This document shows, in pieces, positions 37,018 to 50,740 of a stretch of DNA of 64,000 nucleotides; position 1 is the stretch's first letter, and each line of letters opens with the position of its first letter. This DNA comes from the human T2T-CHM13v2.0 reference genome, Homo sapiens: assembly GCF_009914755.1 (NCBI RefSeq), contig NC_060935.1. One strand, written 5' to 3'. The translations under genes were made by a program, and so were the position numbers. The notes below the pieces were generated by a model that saw only the letters and a program-made list of their open reading frames with translations, was not told the DNA's origin and searched no databases.

Positions 37018-37036
37018 GATCTACCTACCTATCTAT
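36848..37036. repeat. Compound (ATCT)n tetranucleotide STR
   Basis: Two long perfect ATCT runs with interruptions. Confidence 0.97.
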
Positions 37037-37805
37037 TGGCGAACTCAATAATAATAAGCAACCCAAGTAAAAAATAGCCAAAATTTAAACATTTCATCCA
37101 GAAAAGATATGGAGATGGATCATCCAGAAAAGATATGAGCATATAAAAAGATGCTCAGCATAATCTGTCATTAGGGAAATAAAAATAAAATCACAGTGAG
37201 ACACTACTACACACCTATTAGAAGGTCAACTTTGGCACATTGCTGATGGGGTGCAAAAATGGTGCAGACACTTCAAAACAGTTTGACAGTTTCTTATAAT
37301 GTTAAAACAGACTTACCACACAGCAATGCCACACCAGAGAAATGAAAACTTACGTTCACACAAAAGTTTATACGTGATTATTTATAGAGGTTTTATTCAC
37401 AATTGCCAAAACTGGAAAATAATTCAAATGTCCTTCGACTAATTAAACAAGCTGGGATATATCCATACTGCTGAATGCTGTAATTCAGTGGCAATGAGAT
37501 ACACAAGTACTATAATATGAATCTCAAATGCAGTATGCCAAGAAAAAGAACACAGACTAAAAAGGCTTATATAACATTCTGGAAAAGGCAAAACCATCAT
37601 GGCAGAAAACAAATTAAGGGCTTGTAAAGGTCTGGGATTAGGGACAAGGGCTGAACACAAAGGTGTATAAGTAAAGTTTTGGGTAGTGGAATTATTCTCT
37701 ATCTTGATTGTGGTGGTAGTTACATTATCGTCGAAACTTACAACTGTAAACAAAAAAAAAATAGTGAATTTTACTTTACGTAAATTGCACCTCAATAAAT
37801 TGACT
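37037..37805 (+). mobile_element. L1MC/L1MB-type 3' end
   Basis: 'cagagaaatgaaaacttacgttcacacaaaa' ... 'gtaaattgcacctcaataaa'. Confidence 0.75.
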
Positions 37806-37943
37806 TCACGAAAACCTGGACAGAGTGTCATTTCCCACATTTGCTCACTGTCAGACTGTTCTGCACACACAGAAGAAAAGGAGCTCCTTGAAAGTACAGA
37901 TTCCTTAAAGTTACATATATATAATTTTGTATGCACTTAATTA

Positions 37944-38359
37944 CACAGTCCCCAACTTGTGAGGGTTTGACTTATGAGTTGTTGACTCATAAAGTGGTGC
38001 AAAAGTGATAAGCATTCAATAGAAACCGTACTTCCAATTTTGAATTTTGATCTGTTCCCCTAGCAATATGCTGTAGGATACTCTCTTGGGAGGCAGGGCA
38101 GCGGCAGAGAGCCTCAGCTCCCAGTCTGTCACACAATCACAAGGGTAAACAACCAATACTCTACAGTGTACTACTGGATTGTCAGATGATTTTGCCCAGC
38201 TGTTGGCTAATGTAAGTGTTCAGAGCACATTTAAAGTGGGCTAGGCTAAGCTATGATGTTTGGTAGGTTAGATGTATTAAATGCATTTTCAACTTAGGAT
38301 ATTTTCAACTTATGATGGGTTTAATGGAACATAACCCCATGTAAGCTGGGGCACATCTG
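37944..38359. mobile_element. Tigger2a-like TcMar DNA transposon
   Basis: TA on both flanks; 'ggctaggctaagctatgatgtttggtaggttagatgtattaaatgcattttcaactt'; terminal 'gcacatctg'. Confidence 0.85.
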
Positions 38360-39139
38360 TACACAGCATCACTATTATCTTATATTCCCATTTATCAAAC
38401 AAAATGTGTATTAGGGTTTCATTATAGATATATAAAGTAGCCTTGCCACATCTTTCCCATGTTCTTTATGATAATGCCATTATCTTAGCAAAATACAGAA
38501 AGTAATATCTATTTAAGATAAATTCAAAAAATGCTTTCTAGTCTCTAAAATATTCTCTCAACCAGCTTTAAGTCATTTGAAATGCTAATTTCTCCCCCAC
38601 AATCTCTCTAATTAGAATGTCGTGGTTATAAGCCCATCACGTCTTGATGATCTATTAACAATGATGTTCTGAACTTGTCCAAAGTTTTAAAATTCTGTGA
38701 ACATAGCACAACCTGATTTCAATCCCATTTTCAGTCATACTTTGTGAAAACCATCCATATGCCAGTCCTTAATATATCATTTCTAAAAAGGAAGGAGTTT
38801 GAAAAGCCTGAGGTTCTCAAAGCATGCAAAGAGTTATGTACCTTTTAAAATATTTCAACAACTTCTCTGAAGCCCACGTAGTTAACATCAAATATTAGTA
38901 GGACAGGACAGCAAGAACTAGAACAGATTGCTAAGAGTCAGTGTAGGTGGAAGATAGTTCAGCAGGTTAAATAATTTGTAATCTGGAGTCAGTTAGAAAG
39001 ACAGTGCATAGGTGGCAAACATCCACAGATGAAGTCAAGGTCAGAATCCAGGGACTTGGAGAAGGGCTAAGACTGTGCAGGTTTAAAGTTTCTCCTTGGA
39101 ACTTTCCCTTCCTATCACATTACTGTAACTACTTGAAGC

Positions 39140-39330
39140 TAATTAAAGGTGCCATTTATTGACCACCTACAATGCACTAGGACCTTTGCTTGCACTAAAA
39201 TAGTTGTCTCCATGACAAATCTGTGTGCAGTTATTATCACTCTTGTTTTACAAGTGAGGAGACTGAGGTAGGGGGCAGGGTTAGGAGTTGAATCTACAGG
39301 TTTCCGATTCCAGTGCCCTTACTTCCACAC
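39140..39330 (-). mobile_element. MIR
   Basis: 'gccatttattgaccacctac..tttacaagtgaggagactgagg'. Confidence 0.7.
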
Positions 39331-40734
39331 TATCCTGCATCTTATGAGAATCCTTCCAGTATTCAGGTTCATTTGGCCCTAGTGCACATTTTCCCAGACT
39401 TCTGATGACTCTCCACATCTTTAGACAGCCATGCCATCCTTTCCACTGACCTTCTCCTTCTCTCTCTAAGGCTCTCACATTTTCCCCATTTTGCTTTTTT
39501 GAAAGCTATATACCTTTGCTACCGTATAGCAGATTCATTCCTCTTTAAACCATTATCTTCCTGGGCTCACAGCAGCATTTTCATTTTTACGACATTTCTT
39601 GCTAGCCTGAGGCCAGTTCCAGGGCCTTCTTTAAAGTAAAGTAAAAGTCCCACAGATCCATAATTACCCCAATTTGGGGATGAAAGATTTTTTTTCCCCT
39701 AAAGGGAAATTGATTAAAAAATCAATTCAATTTGATTATTACTATCAAAGTATAAAACGTGTATCCTCACATCAGTATTGATTTGTCTTAAAATATTATA
39801 TATGAACTTTCAAAGAAAAGGTAATTCTCTTTTTTTCAGAAATGGTAAAATGGCATAAGAAATTAACTGGATTGATAGTTAAGAGACCTGTTCTATCTGT
39901 TGATTAATAGGATATATGGCCTTAAATCATATAAGCCCTTAGTACTTTGGTTTTTTTATCTGAAATATTATTCATGGTTTCACAAAATAATTTCTAAAGA
40001 GGTATTAGGGTCTCAAATTGCTGGCATATGCATGTGAGAAGCTTTTATAAGGTAGAATATCAGCTTGTCTTGGAATGCCCTCTTAGAGTATTGGTCTTTT
40101 CCTTGTATTTACAACATTTGAACTGAATTCTTATTTCAGTCATAATGGACAGAATTACCAAAGGAAAAACAAATATTACCCTTCATTCACAATACCCACA
40201 CTTCTCTTTATAGCATATATACATAAAAAACACCCCTGCACACATCCACACACATATGTCCACACCCATAGCCCTCAGAAACACAAACACAGGTTTGAAC
40301 ATTAATCAACATCTAACGTCCTCACTTTTAAAGTATGTTTCTGTTTTCCTTGTATTCATGCAACAAAATTTTACATGTGCCAGGTGTTGTTCTAACTGTG
40401 CTGTGATGGCCATGTGGTCCAGTGAGTTATCTGTATACATGAAGATATTTACGTGAAGATCCAGGTCCTGATTGACAGAGAGTGACAAAACTGGTTTTGT
40501 TCTTTTAGAAATGAAGGTATCTTTCTGAACTTTTTAAATTCATTCTTTAACCATTACAAATAGGAAGTTGAGAAAGAGTAACAGAGTGAATTTTAAAAAA
40601 TGTTTTTAATAAACATAATTATATTTAATAACTAAACAAATTTCTCCTAAAATGTCAATTTGAAGCTTAATTCTGAAGTAATAGACTTCTAAGTGTTAAT
40701 TCAGTTAGAGATTATCCATTAATTAAACACGCAA

Positions 40735-41257
40735 CACCAAAGATGTCCATAAATTCTTTGATACTCCACCCTCAAAGAAGTGGAACCCAATTCCCCACCT
40801 CTTGAGTAATAATGGATTTGTCTTGCTTCTAACAAATATAATTTGGTGGAAGTCATGACATGTGAGAGTAGGTCAAAGATGGCATTGTGATTTCCTCCTT
40901 GCTTTCTCTCTTGGATTACTTGCTTTGGGGAAAACCAGCTGCCACATCATGAGTACGCTCAACAGTCCATGGAAAGTGGCGAAGAACTGAGACCTTGCTA
41001 ACAGACAGCAAAGAACTGAGGCCTCCTGACAACAGCCATCTGAGTCAGCCATCTTAGAAGTAAATCTTCCAGCCCCAGTCAGGCCTTCAGATGATGAGCG
41101 TATCTCCAGCTGCCATACTGACAGAGACCTCATTAGAGATCTTGAGGCAGAACCACCCAAATAAGCCACTCCTAAGTTCTCAACTGCACAAACTATGAGA
41201 TAATAAATGTTTATTGTTTTAAATTACTAAGTTACACAGCAGTAGATAACTAATACA
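40735..41257 (+). mobile_element. MLT1F-like MaLR LTR
   Basis: 'aaaaccagctgccacatcatgag..ccagccccagtcaggccttcagatga..agtagataactaataca'. Confidence 0.8.
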
Positions 41258-41840
41258 CAGAGGATACAGAAACAAGCAAACAAAAAATTGTGACAAGCAC
41301 TATTTGTAACAGCGAGGTTGAGGTTCTACAGGTACACACAGAAGGAACCTCAGCCTTTCTTAGGGAGAAGGATGTTCAGGAAGTGTTCTTGGAAAAGACT
41401 GAATACCTCTTGATAGATGGATAGTGTGCCTGCTCTTAAGCTATTGGCTCTCAACTCCAACTACTTTTCTGTACTCTGTTTTGTGATTCTGTGGCTGGGA
41501 CTCTGCAAACCTTAGCTGCTTTCCTATTAGGATCTATGTTAATTAAGGTACACTAGAGGGAGACTTCTGGAGGAAGATAAGGGACAGGCTCTTGCTTGTC
41601 TGCTTCCTATTTCTGCTAGTGAACAGGCTAACATACCACCCAGATAAGCCACTCCTAAGTTCTCAACTGCACAAACTATGAGATAATAAATGTTTATTGT
41701 TTTAAATTACTAAGTTACACAGCAGTAGATAACTAATACACAGAGGATACAGAAACAAGCAAACAAAAAATTGTGACAAGCACTATTTATAACAGTGAGG
41801 TTGAGGTTCTATAGGTACACACAGAAGGAACCTCAGCCTT
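41152..41840 (+). repeat. 206-bp direct duplication (41152-41357 and 41635-41840), 4 mismatches
   Basis: Aligned by eye at offset 483. Confidence 0.95.
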
Positions 41841-43133
41841 CTCTAACTGGAGAAGAACTCAGTTAGAGTTCTCCAGATAAACACAGCCATAAGGTATATA
41901 AGGGCACACAGTATTCTAGGATCTGCTCAGAGCAAGTGGGGAAAAGGAACAAACTAGGAAGATAAATGGGAGTGGGCAGAGACCATGACTTATCTTTATA
42001 TTTTCTTCATAAAATATTAATAAGTTACTTGTTAATCTTTAGTGAATATTGTAAATATAGAAGCCAACTATTAGGACAGCATTTTTGGAATGGTGAAATA
42101 AGAAACTTGGCAAATCCTCTCCCAGAAATAACTGGACAAAATCATCAAAAACAATATTTGCAAAACTCTGAAAAGCAACCAAAGGTATACAATAAATCAA
42201 ACAACACTTATTTAAGAAAAATGACTGAATTTTGATTAGAAGAATGGAATCTCTGTGATTTTAACTTGGGGCTGCTCCCATTCCACTCCCAGCTCTATAG
42301 AGTGGTAGCCATGAGGAATGGTAGCTTGCTGAAAGTGGAAGAGACTGATCAGATTTAGAGCTCCACAGAAAATTCCTATGCTCTGGAATGATTTCAAAAA
42401 CAATAGAAATCAAGAGATGACTTCCAGCAAAAATGTGAGAAGCTCTGTGGACCCTCTCCCCAGTGGAACAATCATAATTGATGCACATTATAAAACAAAC
42501 AATGATTTAAAGTCTTTGGAAATTATCCCAAGGGCATACAGCAAATGAATAAACATTTTTTAAAGAAAATCTTCTATATCTCAGTTAGAATGGAAAAAGA
42601 CTGGAAATTGAGCCACAAAATCCTTCCATCTTCTCTTTCCAAGCCCACAAGTTAGCATGACAAAGCTCTACTCTGGCAGGTGCAATCAAGAAGACTTCAT
42701 CTTCCCTGACTTGTCAGTCAAGAATATCTTACCTGAAGGGTAAGATATCCCTTTTCATTCCTTCCAGTTGTGTGTTGCAGAGGTTCTATTCTACCCAAGA
42801 ATGGCTTAGAAGTCCTGGACTCTCTTTCTCTACCCAGCCCCTACTTATAGAGCAGAAGCACTTTTCTAGGTTTGATGGACTGAGAATACGAAGCTCCAAT
42901 TATTCTCACTTCAGCTCACTGGCTGAGTGTCACCCTGAGAAATGGGCCACTGTCACTGACTTCAGTTCTGGAGCAATGGCAGAAGTTTTGCCCAGGAAGA
43001 GAGGCAGGTCATAGCAACAGAATGCTCCACATATTTTTTCCAAGGGCACTGACTTTATTTGGAGCAGACTGAAGGGAATTTCAGTCCTAAAAAAAACTCT
43101 TCCAAAGATAATGGAGATATTGGTTGTAGGCAA

Positions 43134-43258
43134 TTATGCCTAGTGTTCCATTATTGGAACACTAAGCATGTGGGAGTTATTTATATCCTACTGCTTGCAG
43201 TCATCCTGAAGGTCTGATTGCAAAAATTCAAAACATTGCAACCTCAGGGATAAATGGG
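43134..43258 (+). mobile_element. MER85 (PGBD3 piggyBac MITE), left TIR partly deleted
   Basis: TTATGCCTAGTGTTCCATTATTGGAAC..GCAACCTCAGGGATAAATGGG followed by TTAA. Confidence 0.92.
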
Positions 43259-43715
43259 TTAAAAGCAAGCTGGCAGCTCCTTGACAGTAACAAGCAAAAC
43301 CATAAACCAACTAATTTACCAGAGGAAACTGCACAAAGACATAGCTAGGTAGAGCCCTATAGAATTAGAACAAACCTCAAAGACTGGTCTCAAAAACTGC
43401 CCCTCAAAGGAGTCTATATTTAATTTAATTAGACCATAGAGCAGTTTATGCCCCAGGACCTTGTGGGGAACAATGGAGCAATCAGCCAGGAATTAGTAGA
43501 GGCTATCCATTAGGTATGATAACAACAGATGGAGAGAGCTTAGAGAAATCAAAATAAGACATGGTCAAAGAGAGCCTTGATAAAATCACTGTTATCCCAA
43601 GATGATTGTGTGCATGCCCAAGCCTTTACTTTCTGAGGAGCAATATCAGAGACTACGCACTTCTGGAGAAATAGACTACTAAAATAGCCCAGCCCAATTA
43701 CTAAACAAACAAGCA

Positions 43716-44013
43716 GGCCAAGCGCAGTGGCTCACCTCTGTAATCCCAGCACTGAAGTGGCCCTTGTGGTAGGATCCCTTGAGGCTAGGAGTTGGAAATC
43801 AGCCTGGGAAACAGCAAGACATCATCTCTACAAAAAATTAAAGAAGTAGCCAGGCATAGTGGTGCACACCTGTGGTCCTAGCTACTTAGGAGGCTGAGGC
43901 AGGAGGATCACTTGAACCCAGGAGTTCAAAGTTACAGTGAGATATGACTGTACCACTGCACTCTAGCCTGGGCAACAGAGTGAGACTGTGTCTCTATAAA
44001 TAAATAAATAAAA
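43716..44013 (+). mobile_element. AluJ
   Basis: Diverged Alu with J-type 'ggaggatcacttga'; AAACAAGCA on both flanks. Confidence 0.9.
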
Positions 44014-45167
44014 GTAAAACAAGCAAACAACAACAACATCAAGTTCCATAGAGTGGAGATCAGTATATAAATTTGCTATAATATTTTATCTGAAATATTC
44101 AGTTTTCAACAAAAATTATAAGACATGCAAAGAAACAGGAGAGAATGACCCACGAACAGGAGAAAACGCAGGCAATGGAAACCGCCTCTGAGAGGGCCAA
44201 GTTGTCAAACCAAGTCAGACAAAGACTGCAAGATAGCCAATATAAATATGTTCAAGGAATTAAAGGAAGCCCTGCTTAAAAAAAGAAAGGAAATTATTAT
44301 GGCAATACCCCATCAAGGAGAGATTGTCAATAAGGACAAATATATATATATAAAAATATAAATATATACATAAATATAAATATATATATAAATATATATA
44401 AACAAAAATATCAAATTGAAATTCTGGAGTTGAAAAGTACAATAACTGATATGAAAAGTTAACTAGTGATACTTAACAGTAGATTTGAACTGTCAGAAGA
44501 AAGAATCAGCAAACTTGAAGGTAGATCAGTAGAGATTATGCAGTCTAGAGAACAGAGAGAAAAATAATAAGAATATAAATAGATCTTTAGAGAAATACGG
44601 TACAAATTTAAGCACAGCAGTTGAAATGTAATAGAGGAATTAGAAGGAGAGGATAGGGAGAAAGGACCAGAAAACAATGGAAGAAATAATGGCTGAAAAT
44701 TCCTCAAATTTAATGAAGAACATTAATCTATATATCCAAGATACTTAATAAAGTACAAGTACAATAGTGTAAGGAAATCCACACCCAGACACATCATAGT
44801 AAAAATGAAAGTCAAAGTCAAATTAGAAATCTGGAAAGCAGCAAGAGGAAAATAATTTATAACATACCAGGTAACCACAATAAGATTAACAACTGACTTT
44901 TCTTTAGAAACAGTGGCACCAGAAGGCAGTAGGATGACATATTCAAAGTGCTGAGAGAAAAAAATAAAATAAGCCTGTCAACAGAGTGTTTTATCTAGCA
45001 AAACTGTCTTTAAAAGTGAAGAGGAAAAAGAGAAATTCTCAGATAAACAAAACTGAGAGCATTCATAGCCAACAGATCTGTTTTACAAGAAATAGCAAGG
45101 AGAATTCCTCAGTTTGAAAACAAGTGACCACAGACAGTAATTTGAATACACAAACAGACACACACAC

Positions 45168-45546
45168 TATATTAGTCTGTTCTCACACTGCTATAAAGAC
45201 ATACCTGAGACTGGGTAATTTATAAGTAAAAGAGGTTTAATCGGCTTATGTTTCTGTAGGCTGTACAGGCTTCTACTTCTAAGGAGGCCTCAGAAAACTT
45301 ACAATCATGGTGAAGGCAAAAGGGAAGCAAGCACATCTTCACATGGCTGGTGGGAAAGACATAGAGAGAAGGAGGAGGTGCTACACACTTTGAAACAACC
45401 AGATCTCATGAGAACTCTAGTACAAGAACAGCAAGGGGGAAGTCCACCCCCATGATTCAATCACTTCCCACCAGATCCCTCCTCTAACACTGGGAATTAC
45501 AATTCAACAGGAGATTTGGGTGGGGACACAGAACCAAACCATATCA
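45168..45546 (-). mobile_element. MSTA-like MaLR solo LTR
   Basis: 'tattagtctgttctcacactgctataaag..gagatttgggtggggacacagaaccaaaccatatca'; CACAC flanks. Confidence 0.88.
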
Positions 45547-46952
45547 CACACAAAAAGCAACTATAGAACATAAAAACCATGAATAATAAGAATCTACTGT
45601 GCAAGTTAATTGCTAGAACAATCCCTAAATTTTTTCAAAATATACAGCAATAATTAAAGGAATTAAGATGTTACACTAGAAAATATTCATTTAATGCAAA
45701 ATAAATCAGTAAAGGAAGAACAGAGAAAAAAAGATGCAAAGGGCGTATTAAAAACAAAGGTAAAATAACTATTTTAATGATAATACTTAATGTGAATAAT
45801 GGATTAAACAATCCAATCAAAAGGCAGAAATTGCCAGACTGGTTAATGGGACAAGATCCAACTAACATATACTGCCTACAAGACACATACTTTACATTTA
45901 ATGATACAAGCAGTTTGAAAGTAAAAGGATGGAAAAAAGGTATCATTCAAACAGCAATAATATGAAAGATGAGGTGGACAAAATAGACTTTAAAAGCCAT
46001 AATGTCACCACGGATAATGAGGAACGTTTTCTAATGTTAAAAGTGTCAATACATCAGGGAGATATAACACTGAGAAAAATATAAGCATTTAACAATATAG
46101 ACCTAACATATATAAACGAAAACCTACAGAATTGAAAAAAGAAATAGACAATTCAACAATAATAGTTAGAGACTTCAATATCATATTTTCAATAATGATT
46201 AGAACAACTAGACAGAATAACAGTAAGAAAAAACTCCAAAATTATAAGCCATCTAGACCACACAGATGTCTATAGAACATTCTGCCCAACAACAACAGAA
46301 AACATATTCTTCTCAAGTACACATGGAACATTCTCTAGGATAGACCACATACTATGCCATAAAACAAGCCTATATATATATTATATATATAACATATATA
46401 GTATATATAAAATAATTGAAATCATGCGAAGTATGCTCTGTGGCTATATGGAATGAAATTAGAAATTGGTAATGAAAATAAATTTGGAAAATTCACAAAT
46501 ATATAAAATTAAACAACACACTACTAAATAATCAAGGTGTCAAAGAAGAAATCACAAGGGAAATCAGAATACACTTTCAGATGAATGAAAATGAAGGTAT
46601 AACAAACCAAAACTTATGGGATAAAGATAAAGTAGTTATTAGATGGAAATTTGTGGCTGTTCACACCCATATTAAAAAAGAAGAAAGATCTCAAATCAAT
46701 AACCTAACTTTTCACCTAAGGACACTGGAAAATGTAGAGCAAACTAAGCATAAAGCAAGCAAAATAAATAAAATATAAAAATCAGAGCAGAAAAATAGAG
46801 AATAGAAAAACAGGACAGAAAAATCATTGAAACCAAAAAAAAGTCCTTTCAAAAGACCAATAAAATTGACAAACCTGTAGCTAGAATAACTCAGAATAAA
46901 AGAGAAAACTCAAATTACTAAAATCAGGAATAAAAGAGAAAAAATCCCTATT

Positions 46953-47315
46953 GTGAAAGAAAATAGAATCTCAGGACCCCTAACTCTCTATGCCAAAGAG
47001 AAAGTTAAACTTGGGAATTGAGTCATGCAATACTGCTTTCCTTTTGTTCCCAAAGAGCTGTAATTTCATAACTCTATGTGAGAGCCTCATCCATAAACCA
47101 GGTTCCCACAAAGATAGGAAGCCACATATCTCCCCAGATAGCCTCCCTCAAATTGCTCATGAGGAAATTCTTTGTGAATTCCTAAATCCTTCAGGATACA
47201 CATCTCTCCTACAAACTAGCCCAAAACCAGAATTCTGTTAAATCTCACCATGACAATGTCATTTATCAGCTTATCTTCACAAGTACAGGATAAAGACAAA
47301 ACTAGAAATCACCCC
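46953..47315 (+). mobile_element. MER4-group (ERV1) LTR, 3'-truncated
   Basis: 'tgtgaaagaaaatagaatctcaggacccctaactctctatgccaaagagaaagttaa'. Confidence 0.7.
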
Positions 47316-47394
47316 AAAGATGATGATGGGATTAGTGGAGATTAAAAATTTCAAAAGGAGAGAAGGGGCCTCCAGGGGCTGGTGGACATTGTTT

Positions 47395-47430
47395 AAAAAC
47401 AAACAAACAAACAAACAAACAAACAAACAA
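47395..47430. repeat. (AAAC)n STR
   Basis: About 8 perfect units. Confidence 0.9.
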
Positions 47431-47744
47431 GTGAACAAAACCTGCTAAGGAATTAAAATGCCTTAGTAGTCTTTTATTTAAAAAATTCATGCATATGTTG
47501 CATTTCCTACAATGGTATGCTGAAGTTCATACCAACAAAAATGTTTAAAATTATTTGCCAACCAAATAACCTTAATTTTCTCTTGAAAAATCATTAAATA
47601 AAAATAACACAATGGGAAAAATGTGCTTCAGTAATTGTGATGTGGCTCAGACACACATTTATCATCAAGTGTCTATGGAGCTGAATAATTTCACTTAGCT
47701 ACATAAAGACTAGATTCCACATTAGGAGAGAATCCTATTGTATG

Positions 47745-50740
47745 TGGTCAAAGTTGTTAGCACTTTAAAATGGATTTTAGAGCCATAGTATGTTTTATGC
47801 AAACCTCATGGCAACCACAAAGAAAAAACTTGTAGTAGATAACATGAAAGATAAGGAGGAATCAAAACATACCACCACAAAAAAAAAATCAAATCACAAA
47901 AGAAGACAACAAGAGAGAAAGAACGACACAAAGTAACTACAAAGCAGTTAGAAAACAATGAACAAAACTGTTCAACAAAGAAAAGACAGGACCTGATGGC
48001 TTCTCTCATGAATTCTAGTAAACATTAAAGAAGAAATAATGCCAACTCTTCCCAAACTCTTCCAAACAATTGAAGTAAAGGGAATACTTTCAAATTCATT
48101 TTAGATGACCAGCATTGTCCCGATATCAAAGCCAGACAAGGACGCTAGGAGAAAAGATAATTATAGACTATCATCCCTAATGAACATAGATGCAAAAATC
48201 CAAAACAAAATACTAGCAAACAAAATTCAATAGCACATTGAAAGAATGATTCACCATAATCAAGTGAGATTTATCCCTTGGATGCAAGGATGGTTCAACA
48301 TACACAAATCTATACATGTAATCCATCATATTAACAGAATGCAGGATAAAAATCATATCATCTCAATAGATAAAGAAAAAGGATTTGACAATATTCAATG
48401 TCTTTTCATGAGAAAAAAACTCTAAAAAATTGAGTATAGAAGGATTATTAGAAGGATTATACTCCAACACAATAAACACTATATATGACAAACCCACAAC
48501 TAATATCATACTCAATGGTGAAAATCTAAAGGCTTTTCCTTTAAGATGAGGAATAAGAGGATACCCACTCTTGCCACTGAATTCAACATAGTACTGGAAG
48601 TCCTAGCCAGAATGGTTGGGCAAGAGAAAGAAATAAAAGGCATCCAAATAAAAAATGAAGTAAAATGGTTTCTGTTTGCCAGTGACAGGAGCTTATATAT
48701 AGAGAACTCTAAAGACTCCACCAAAAAACTGTTAGAACTGTTGAACAAATTCAGTAAAGTTGCAGGATACAAAATTCACTGCAGAAATACATAGATTTTC
48801 TATACGCTAACAATAAACTATCTGAAAAAGAAATCAAGAAAACAATTTAATTTAATATAGCATAAAAAAAACCCTTAGGAATTAATTTCATGAAGTAGGG
48901 AAAAGATCTCTTCATAGAATGATATCCTGTGTTCATGGATTAGAAAAATTAATATTGTTAAAATGTCCATACTGCCCAAAACATTCTACAGATTTAACGT
49001 CATCTTTATCAAAATTCCAATGGACTTTCTAACAGAAATAAAAGTAATAATTCTGAAACTTACATGGAACCACAAAAGACCGCAAATAGCCAAACCAATC
49101 TTGACCAATAATATCAAAGCTGGAAATATTAAACTACCTGATTTCAAAATCTACTGCAAGCTCTAGTAATCAAAACAGCATGGTATGGGCATAAAAACAG
49201 ACACATAGAAGAATGGAACCAAATAGAGACCCCAGAAATAAATCCACATGTTTACAGTCAACTGATTTTTGGACAAAGGTGCCAAAAGCACACAATGGAG
49301 AAAAGACAGGCTTTTCAATAAATGGTGCTGACAGAACTGCATATCCACATGTGGAAGAATGAAACTAGAACCTTATCTCACAACATATAAAAAAAATCCA
49401 ACTGAAAATGGATTAAAGACTTAAACATAGGACCTGAAACTGTAAAACTGCTAGAAGAAAACATAGGGAAAAATCTCTTTGATATTGGTATGGTCACTGA
49501 GGTTTTTTTGATATGACTCCAAAAGCACAGGCAACAAAACAAAAAATAGACAAAATGAGATTACATCAAACTTAAAAGCTTCTGTACTGCAAGGGAGACA
49601 ATTAACAGAATGAAGAGACAACCTACGAAATGGGAAAAAACATTTGCAAACCATACATCTGATAAGGAATTAATATTTAAATTAAATATAAAAGAACTCA
49701 AATAAGTTAATAGTAAGAAAATGAATAATCCAATTAGAAAATTGGAAAAGGAGCTGAATAGATATTTCTTAGAGAAGACATTCTAATGGCCAAGAGGTAT
49801 ATGAAAAAAATGTCAAGCCTCATTAATCATCAGGAAAATGCAAATTAAAACTACAATGAGAGATTACCTCATACCTGTTAGTATGGTTATTATCAAAAAG
49901 ACGAAAGATAAGTGATGGTGAGGAGAGGGAGAAAGGGAATACTTGTACACTTTTGATGGGAATGTAAATTAGTACAGCCATTTTGGATAACAGTATGGAG
50001 ATTACTCAACAAATTTAAAATGGAAATACTGTATGATCCAGCAATCCCGCTAATGGGTATATATCCAAAGGAATAGAAGTCAGTATTTAAGAAGATATCT
50101 GCACTCCCATGTTAATTGCAGCAATATTCACAGTAGCCAAGACATGGAAACAACGTTAAGTATGCATCAACAGATGAGCTGATAAAGAAATTGTGTCATA
50201 TATACACATAAACAGTTGGGTGTTGCTCAGCCTTAAAAAAGAAGGAAATCTTGCCATTTGCAACAACATGGGTGAACCTGGAGGACATTATGCTGGGTAA
50301 AATGGGCCAATCACAGAACACGGAAAGATAACTATTGCATTATCTCATTTACATGTGAAATCTAAAAATGTCAAATTCATATAAATAGAGTAGAATCGTG
50401 GTTGCTGAGGGTCTGGTCAGGGAGAGGGGCAAATAGGGGATGTTGGTCAGAAGACTCAAGGTTTTACTTTACACAGGATGAATAAGTTCTAGAGATTTAT
50501 TGTACAGCATTGTGTCTATAGTTAATAATACTTTATTGCATACTTGAAAATTGCAAAGAGACTAGATCTTAAGCGTTCTCACCACACAAATAAAAATAAC
50601 TATGTTAGGTGATGGATATGCTAATTAGCTTGATTGTAGTAATCACTTCACAATGTCTGCATACATCAAAACATCACATTATACACTGTAAACACATACA
50701 TTTTTTATTTGCGAACTGTACCTCAATAAAGTTGAAAAAC
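47745..50740 (+). mobile_element. L1MA-type element (ORF2 to 3'UTR)
   Basis: ORF2-like peptides 48546-49166; L1MA 3'UTR 'aataagttctagagatttattgtacagc..cctcaataaagttg'. Confidence 0.85.

Larger units (their letters stand above)
42060..46951 (+). mobile_element. Old L1M (5' region, ORF1, ORF2 endonuclease remnants) hosting MER85, AluJ and MSTA
   Basis: EN-like peptide IILNVNNGLNNPIKRQKLPDW..CLQDT (45777-45965); ORF1-like DNA from 44400 to 45120. Confidence 0.8.
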
